Shown piece after piece: positions 51,432-61,021 of a stretch of DNA of 64,000 nt. The notes below the pieces were generated by a model. The model searched no databases. It worked only from the letters and a program-made list of their open reading frames with translations, and was not told the DNA's origin. The position numbers were made by a program, and so were the translations under genes. Source of the stretch: the human T2T-CHM13v2.0 reference genome, Homo sapiens; the NCBI RefSeq assembly GCF_009914755.1, contig NC_060925.1; one strand, given 5' to 3'. Within the stretch, counting starts at the first letter, position 1. Every line of letters begins with the position of its first letter.

Positions 51432-54151
51432 TTACTGAGAATTATTCTGTCTAGCATAATATGAAGAAATCCCGTTTCCAACGAAGGCCTCAAAGAGGTC
51501 TGAATATCCACTTGCACACTTTACAAACAGAGTGTTTCCTAACTGCTCTATGAGAAGAAAAGTTAAACTCTGTGAGTTGAACGCACACATCACAAAAGAT
51601 TTTCTGAGAATCATTCTGTCTAGTCTTTATATGAAGATAGTTTCCTTTTCTACCATTGACCTCAAAGCGGCTGAAATCTCCACTTGCAAATTCCACAAAA
51701 AGAGTGTTTCAAGTCTGCTCTGTGTAAAGGATCGTTCAACTCTGTGAGTTGAATACACACAACACAAGGAAGTTACTGAGAATTCTTCTGTCTAGCAGAA
51801 TATGAAGAAATCCCGTTTCCAACGAAGGCCACAAGATGTCAGAATATCCACTTACAGACTTTACAAACAGAGTGTTTCCTAACTGCTCTATGAACAGAAA
51901 GGTTAAACTCTGTGAGTTGAACGAACACATCACAACGCAGTTTGTGGGAATGATTCTGTCTAGTTTTGAAACGAAGATATTTCCTTTTCTGCCGTTGACC
52001 TTAAAGCGCTTGAAATCTACACTTGCAAATTGCACAAATAGAGTGTTTCAAATCTGCTCTGTCTAAGGGAACGTTCAACTCTGTGAGTTGAATGCACACA
52101 ACACAAGGAAGTTACTGGGAATTCTTCTGTCTAGCCTTACATGAAAAAAACCCGTTTCCAACGAAGGCCTCTAAGTGGTCAAAATTTCCACGTGCAGACT
52201 TTACAAACAGAGTGTTTCCAAACCGCTGAATGAAAAGAAAAGTTAAACTCTGAGAGTTGAACGCACACATCACGCAGCAGTTTCTGAGAATGATTCTGTC
52301 TAGTTTTTATACGAAGATATTTCCTTTTCTGCCTTTGGCCCCAAAGCGCTTGAAATCTCCACTTGCAAATTCCACAAAAACAGTGTTTCAAATCTGCTCT
52401 CTCTAAATGAAAGTTCAACTCTGTCAGTTGAATACACACAACACAAGGAAGTTACTGAGAATTCTTCTGTCTAGCATAATATGAAGAAATCCCGTTTCCA
52501 ACGAAGGCCTCAAAGGGGTCTGAATATCCACTTGCAGACTTTATAAACAGAGTGTTTACTAACTGCTCTATGAAAAGAAAGGTTAAACTCTGTGAGTTGA
52601 ACACACACATCACAAAGGAGTTTCTGAGAATCATTCTGTCTAGTTTTTCTACGAAGATATTTCCTTTTCTACTATTGACCTCAAAGCGGCTGAAATCTCC
52701 ACTTGCAAATTCCACAAAAAGAGTGTTTCAAGTCTGCTCTGTGTAAAGGATCGTTCAACTCTGTGAGTTGAATACACACAACACAAGGAAGTTACTGAGA
52801 ATTCTTCTGTCTAGCAGAATATGAAGAAATCCCGTTTCCAACGAAGGCCTCAAAGAGGTCTGAATATTCACTTGCAGACTTTACAAACAGAGTGTTTCCT
52901 AACTGCTCTATGAAAAGAAAGGTTAAACTCTGTGAGTTGAACGCACACATCACAAAGGAGTTTCTGAGAATCGTTCTGTCTAGTTTCTATAGGAAGATGT
53001 TTCCTATTCTACCATTGACCTCAAAGCGGCTGAAATCTCCACTTGCAAATTCCACAAAAAGAATGTTTCAAGTCTGCTCTGTGTAAACGATCGTTCAACT
53101 CTGTGAGTTGAATACACACAACACAAGGAAGTTACTGAGAATTCTTCTGTCTAGCATAATATGTAGAAATCCCGTTTCCAACGAAGGCCTCAAATAGGTC
53201 TGAATATCCACTTGCAGACTTTACAAACAGAGTGTTTCCTAACTGCTCTATGAAAAGAAAAGTTAAACTCTGTGATTTGAACGCACACATCACAAAGGAG
53301 TTTCTGAGAATCTTTCTGTCTGGTCTTTATACGAAGATATTTCCTTTTCTACCATTGACCTCAAAGCGGCTGAAATCTCCACTTGCAAATTCCACAAAAA
53401 GAGTGTTTCAAGTCTGCTCTGTGTAAAGGATCGTTCAACTCTGTGAGTTGAATACACACAACACAAGGAAGTTACTGAGAATTCTTCTGTCTAGCAGAAT
53501 ATGAAGAAATCCCGTTTCCAACGAAGGCCTCAAGGAGGTCTGAATATCCACTTGCAGACTTTACAAACAGAGTGTTTCCTAACTGCTCTATGAACAGAAA
53601 GGTTAAACTCTGTGAGTTGAACGCACACATCACAAAGGACTTTCTGAGAATCATTCTGTCTAGTCTTTATACGAAGATATTTCCTTTTCTACCATTGACC
53701 TCAAAGCGGCTGAAATCTCCACTTGCAAATTCCACAAAAAGAGTGTTTCAAGTCTGCTCTGTGTAAAGGATCATTCAACTCTGTGAGTTGAATAAACACA
53801 ACACAAGGAAGTTACTGAGAATTCTTCTGTCTAGCAGAATATGAAGAAATCCCGTTTCCAACGAAGGCCTCAAGGAGGTCTGAATATCCACTTGCAGACT
53901 TTACAAACAGAGTGTTTCCTAACTGCTCTATGAACAGAAAGGTTAAACTCTGTGAGTTGAACGCACACATCAGAAAGGAGTTCATGAGAATCATTTTGTC
54001 TAGGTTCTATAAGAAGATATTTCCTATTCTACCATTGACCTCAAAGCGGCTGAAATCTCCACTTGCAAATTCGACAAAAAGAGTGTTTCAAGCCTGCTCT
54101 CTGTAAAGGATCCTTCAACTCTGTGAGTTGAATACACACAACACAAGGAAG
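51432..54151 (-). repeat. Canonical 16-mer HOR copy
   Basis: ABCDEFGH order, 2720 bp between A starts 51432 and 54152. Confidence 0.88.
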
Positions 54152-57100
54152 TTACTGAGAATTATTCTGTCTAGCATAATATGAAGAAATCCCGTTTCCA
54201 ACGAAGGCCTCAAAGAGGTCTGAATATCCACTTGCACACTTTACAAACAGAGTGTTTCCTAACTGCTCTATGAGAAGAAAAGTTAAACTCTGTGAGTTGA
54301 ACGCACACATCACAAAAGATTTTCTGAGAATCATTCTGTCTAGTCTTTATATGAAGATAGTTTCCTTTTCTACCATTGACCTCAAAGCGGCTGAAATCTC
54401 CACTTGCAAATTCCACAAAAAGAGTGTTTCAAGTCTGCTCTGTGTAAAGGATCGTTCAACTCTGTGAGTTGAATACACACAACACAAGGAAGTTACTGAG
54501 AATTCTTCTGTCTAGCAGAATATGAAGAAATCCCGTTTCCAACGAAGGCCACAAGATGTCAGAATATCCACTTACAGACTTTACAAACAGAGTGTTTCCT
54601 AACTGCTCTATGAACAGAAAGGTTAAACTCTGTGAGTTGAACGAACACATCACAACGCAGTTTGTGGGAATGATTCTGTCTAGTTTTGAAACGAAGATAT
54701 TTCCTTTTCTGCCGTTGACCTTAAAGCGCTTGAAATCTACACTTGCAAATTGCACAAATAGAGTGTTTCAAATCTGCTCTGTCTAAGGGAACGTTCAACT
54801 CTGTGAGTTGAATGCACACAACACAAGGAAGTTACTGGGAATTCTTCTGTCTAGCCTTACATGAAAAAAACCCGTTTCCAACGAAGGCCTCTAAGTGGTC
54901 AAAATTTCCACGTGCAGACTTTACAAACAGAGTGTTTCCAAACCGCTGAATGAAAAGAAAAGTTAAACTCTGAGAGTTGAACGCACACATCACGCAGCAG
55001 TTTCTGAGAATGATTCTGTCTAGTTTTTATACGAAGATATTTCCTTTTCTGCCTTTGGCCCCAAAGCGCTTGAAATCTCCACTTGCAAATTCCACAAAAA
55101 CAGTGTTTCAAATCTGCTCTCTCTAAATGAAAGTTCAACTCTGTCAGTTGAATACACACAACACAAGGAAGTTACTGAGAATTCTTCTGTCTAGCATAAT
55201 ATGAAGAAATCCCGTTTCCAACGAAGGCCTCAAAGGGGTCTGAATATCCACTTGCAGACTTTATAAACAGAGTGTTTACTAACTGCTCTATGAAAAGAAA
55301 GGTTAAACTCTGTGAGTTGAACACACACATCACAAAGGAGTTTCTGAGAATCATTCTGTCTAGTTTTTCTACGAAGATATTTCCTTTTCTACTATTGACC
55401 TCAAAGCGGCTGAAATCTCCACTTGCAAATTCCACAAAAAGAGTGTTTCAAGTCTGCTCTGTGTAAAGGATCGTTCAACTCTGTGAGTTGAATACACACA
55501 ACACAAGGAAGTTACTGAGAATTCTTCTGTCTAGCAGAATATGAAGAAATCCCGTTTCCAACGAAGGCCTCAAAGAGGTCTGAATATTCACTTGCAGACT
55601 TTACAAACAGAGTGTTTCCTAACTGCTCTATGAAAAGAAAGGTTAAACTCTGTGAGTTGAACGCACACATCACAAAGGAGTTTCTGAGAATCGTTCTGTC
55701 TAGTTTCTATAGGAAGATGTTTCCTATTCTACCATTGACCTCAAAGCGGCTGAAATCTCCACTTGCAAATTCCACAAAAAGAATGTTTCAAGTCTGCTCT
55801 GTGTAAACGATCGTTCAACTCTGTGAGTTGAATACACACAACACAAGGAAGTTACTGAGAATTCTTCTGTCTAGCATAATATGTAGAAATCCCGTTTCCA
55901 ACGAAGGCCTCAAATAGGTCTGAATATCCACTTGCAGACTTTACAAACAGAGTGTTTCCTAACTGCTCTATGAAAAGAAAAGTTAAACTCTGTGATTTGA
56001 ACGCACACATCACAAAGGAGTTTCTGAGAATCATTCTGTCTGGTCTTTATACGAAGATATTTCCTTTTCTACCATTGACCTCAAAGCGGCTGAAATCTCC
56101 ACTTGCAAATTCCACAAAAAGAGTGTTTCAAGTCTGCTCTGTGTAAAGGATCGTTCAACTCTGTGAGTTGAATACACACAACACAAGGAAGTTACTGAGA
56201 ATTCTTCTGTCTAGCAGAATATGAAGAAATCCCGTTTCCAACGAAGGCCTCAAGGAGGTCTGAATATCCACTTGCAGACTTTACAAACAGAGTGTTTCCT
56301 AACTGCTCTATGAACACAAAGGTTAAACTCTGTGAGTTGAACGCACACATCACAAAGGAGTTTATGAGAATCATTCTGTCTAGTTTCTATAAGAAGATAT
56401 TTCCTATTCTACCATTGACCTCAAAGCGGCTGAAATCTCCACTTGCAAATTCGACAAAAAGAGTGTTTCAAGCCTGCTCTTTGTAAAGGATCCTTCAACT
56501 CTGTGAGTTGAATACACACAACACAAGGAAGTTACTGAGAATTCTTCTGTCTAGCATAATATGAAGAAATCCCGTTTCCAACGAAGGCCTCAAAGGGGTC
56601 TGAATATCCACTTGCAGACTTTATAAACAGAGTGTTTACTAACTGCTCTATGAAAAGAAAGGTTAAACTCTGTGAGTTGAACACACACATCACAAAGGAG
56701 TTTCTGAGAATCATTCTGTCTAGTTTTTCTACGAAGATATTTCCTTTTCTACTATTGACCTCAAAGCGGCTGAAATCTCCACTTGCAAATTCCACAAAAA
56801 GAGTGTTTCAAGTCTGCTCTGTGTAAAGGATCGTTCAACTCTGTGAGTTGAATACACACAACACAAGGAAGTTACTGAGAATTCTTCTGTCTAGCAGAAT
56901 ATAAAGAAATCCCGTTTCCAACGAAGGCCTCAAAGAGGTCTGAATATCCACTTGCAGACTTTACAAACAGAGTGTTTCCTAACGGCTCTATGAAAAGAAA
57001 AGTTAAACTCTGTGAGTTGAACGCACACATCACAAAGGAGTTTCTGAGAATCTTTCTGTCTAGTTTCTATAGGAAGATATTTCCTATTCTACCATTGACC

Positions 57101-57540
57101 TCAAAGCGGCTGAAATCTCCAGTTGCAAATTCCACAAAAAGAATGTTTCAAGTCTGCTCTGTGTAAAGGATCGTTCAACTCTGTGAGTTGAATACACACA
57201 ACACAAGGAAGTTACTGAGAATTATTCTGTCTAGCATAATATGAAGAAATCCCGTTTCCAACGAAGGCCTCAAAGAGGTCTTAATATCCACTTGCAGACT
57301 TTACAAACAGAGTGTTTCCTAACTGCTCTATGAAAAGAAAAGTTAAACTCTGTGAGTTGAACGCACACATCACAAAGGAGTTTATGAGAATCATTCTGTC
57401 TAGTCTTTATACGAAGATATTTCCTTTTCTACCATTGACCTCAAAGCGGCTGAAATCTCCACTTGCAAATTCCACAAAAAGAGTGTTTCAAGTCTGCTCT
57501 GTGTAAAGGATCGTTCAACTCTGTGAGTTGAATACACACA

Positions 57541-60500
57541 ACACAAGGAAGTTACTGAGAATTCTTCTGTCTAGCAGAATATGAAGAAATCCCGTTTCCA
57601 ACGAAGGCCTCAAGGAGGTCTGAATATCCTGTTGCAGACTTTACAAACAGAGTGTTTCCTAACTGCTCTATGAAAAGAAAGGTTAAACTCTGTGAGTTGA
57701 ACGCACACATCACAAAGGAGTTTATGAGAATCATTCTGTCTAGTTTCTATAAGAAGATATTTCCTATTCTACCATTGACCTCAAAGCGGCTGAAATCTCC
57801 ACTTGCAAATTCGACAAAAAGAGTGTTTCAAGCCTGCTCTCTGTAAAGGATCCTTCAACTCTGTGAGTTGAATACACACAACACAAGGAAGTTACTGAGA
57901 ATTATTCTGTCTAGCATAATATGAAGAAATCCCGTTTCCAACGAAGGCCTCAAAGAGGTCTGAATATCCACTTGCAGAGTTTACAAACAGAGTGTTTCCT
58001 AACTGCTCTATGAGAAGAAAAGTTAAACTCTGTGAGTTGAAGGCACACATCACAAAAGATTTTCTGAGAATCATTCTGTCTAGTCTTTATATGAAGATAG
58101 TTTCCTTTTCTACCATTGACCTCAAAGCGGCTGAAATCTCCACTTGCAAATTCCACAAAAAGAGTGTTTCAAGTCTGCTCTGTGTAAAGGATCGTTTAAC
58201 TCTGTGAGTTGAATACACACAACACAAGGAAGTTACTGAGAATTCTTCTGTCTACCAGAATATGAAGAAATCCCGTTTCCAACGAAGGCCTCAAGGAGGT
58301 CTGAATATCCACTTGCAGACTTTACAAACAGAGTGTTTCCTAACTGCTCTATGAACAGAAGGGTTAAACTCTGTGAGTTGAACGAACACATCACAACGCA
58401 GTTTGTGGAAATGATTCTGTCTAGTTTTGAAACGAAGATATTTCCTTTTCTGCCGTTGACCTTAAAGCGCTTGAAATCTACACTTGCAAATTGCACAAAT
58501 AGAGTGTTTCAAATCTGCTCTGTCTAAGGGAACGTTCAACTCTGTGAGTTGAATGCACACAACACAAGGAAGTTACTGGGAATTCTTCTGTCTAGCCTTA
58601 CATGAAAAAAAAACCGTTTCCAACGAAGGCCTCTAAGTGGTCAAAATATCCACGTGCAGACTTTACAAACAAACAGAGTGTTTCCAAACCGCTGAATGAA
58701 AAGAAAAGTTAAACTCTGAGAGTTGAACGCACACATCACGCAGCAGTTTCTGAGAATGATTCTGTCTAGTTTTTATACGAAGATATTTCCTTTTCTGCCC
58801 TTGGCCCCAAAGCGCTTGAAATCTCCACTTGCAAATTCCACAAAAACAGTGTTTCAAATCTGCTCTCTCTAAATGAAAGTTCAACTCTGTCAGTTGAATA
58901 CACACAACACAAGGAAGTTAATGAGAATTCTTCTGTCTAGCATAATATGAAGAAATCCCGTTTCCAACGAAGGCCTCAAAGGGGTTTGAATATCCACTTG
59001 CAGACTTTATAAACAGAGTGTTTACTAACTGCTCTATGAAAAGAAAGGTTAAACTCTGTGAGTTGAACACACACATCACAAAGGAGTTTCTGAGAATCAT
59101 TCTGTCTAGTTTTTCTACGAAGATATTTCCTTTTCTACTATTGACCTCAAAGCGGCTGAAATCTCCACTTGCAAATTCCACAAAAAGAGTGTTTCAAGTC
59201 TGCTCTGTGTAAAGGATCGTTCAACTCTGTGAGTTGAATACACACAACACAAGGAAGTTACTGAGAATTCTTCTGTCTAGCAGAATAGGAAGAAATCCCG
59301 TTTCCAACGAAGGCCTCAAAGAGGTCTGAATATCCACTTGCAGACTTTACAAACAGAGTGTTTCCTAACGGCTCTATGAAAAGAAAAGTTAAACTCTGTG
59401 AGTTGAACGCACATCACAAAGGAGTTTCTGAGAATCTTTCTGTCTAGTTTCTATAGGAAGATATTTCCTATTCTACCATTGACCTCAAAGCGGCTGAAAT
59501 CTCCAGTTGCAAATTCCACAAAAAGAATGTTTCAAGTCTGCTCTGTGTAAAGGATCGTTCAACTCTGTGAGTTGAATACACACAACACAAGGAAGTTACT
59601 GAGAATTATTCTGTCTAGCATAATATGAAGAAATCCCGTTTCCAACGAAGGCCTCAAAGAGGTCTGAATATCCACTTGCAGACTTTACAAACAGAGTGTT
59701 TCCTAACTGCTCTATGAAAAGAAAAGTTAAACTCTGTGAGTTGAACGCACACATCACAAAGGAGTTTATGAGAATCATTCTGTCTAGTCTTTATACGAAG
59801 ATATTTCCTTTTCTACCATTGACCTCAAAGCGGCTGAAATCTCCACTTGCAAATTCCACAAAAAGAGTGTTTCAAGTCTGCTCTGTGTAAAGGATCGTTC
59901 AACTCTGTGAGTTGAATACACACAACACAAGGAAGTTACTGAGAATTCTTCTGTCTAGCAGAATATGAAGAAATCCCGTTTCCAACGAAGGCCTCAAGGA
60001 GGTCTGAATATCCACTTGCAGACTTTACAAACAGAGTGTTTCCTAACTGCTCTATGAACAGAAAGGTAAAACTCTGTGAGTTTAACGCACACATCACAAA
60101 GGAGTTTCTGAGAATCATTCTGTCTAGTCTTTATACGAAGATATTTACTTTTCTACCATTGACCTCAAAGCGGCTGAAATCTCCACTTGCAAATTCCACA
60201 AAAAGAGTGTTTAGTGTTTCAAGTCTGCTCTGTGTAAAGGATCATTCAACTCTGTGAGTTGAATAAACACAACACAAGGAAGTTACTGAGAATTCTTCTG
60301 TCTAGCAGAATATGAAGAAATCCCGTTTCCAACGAAGGCCTCAAGGAGGTCTGAATATCCACTTGCAGACTTTACAAACAGAGTGTTTCCTAACTGCTCT
60401 ATGAACAGAAAGGTAAAACTCTGTGAGTTTAACGCACACATCACAAAGGAGTTTCTGAGAATCATTCTGTCTAGTCTTTATACGAAGATATTTACTTTTC

Positions 60501-61021
60501 TACCATTGACCTCAAAGCGGCTGAAATCTCCACTTGCAATTTCGACAAAAAGAGTGTTTCAAGCCTGCTCTCTGTAAAGGATCCTTCAACTCTGTGAGTT
60601 GAATACACACAACACAAGGAAGTTACTGAGAATTATTCTGTCTAGCATAATATGAAGAAATCCCGTTTCCAACGAAGGCCTCAAAGAGGTCTGAATATCC
60701 ACTTGCAGACTTTACAAACAGAGTGTTTCCTAACTGCTCTATGAGAAGAAAAGTTAAACTCTGTGAGTTGAACGCACACATCACAAAAGATTTTCTGAGA
60801 ATCATTCTGTCTAGTCTTTATGTGAAGATAGTTTCCTTTTCTACCATTGACCTCAAAGCGGCTGAAATCTCCACTTGCAAATTCCACAAAAAGAGTGTTT
60901 CAAGTCTGCTCTGTGTAAAGGATCGTTCAACTCTGTGAGTTGAATACACACAACACAAGGAAGTTACTGAGAATTCTTCTGTCTAGCAGAATATGAAGAA
61001 ATCCCGTTTCCAACGAAGGCC
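57541..61021 (-). repeat. Copy 2 of the ~3.5-kb dispersed intra-array duplication
   Basis: ORF-track coordinates match at a constant offset of 18711 (39181/57892, 39952/58663, 41325/60036, 41912/60623). Confidence 0.93.
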
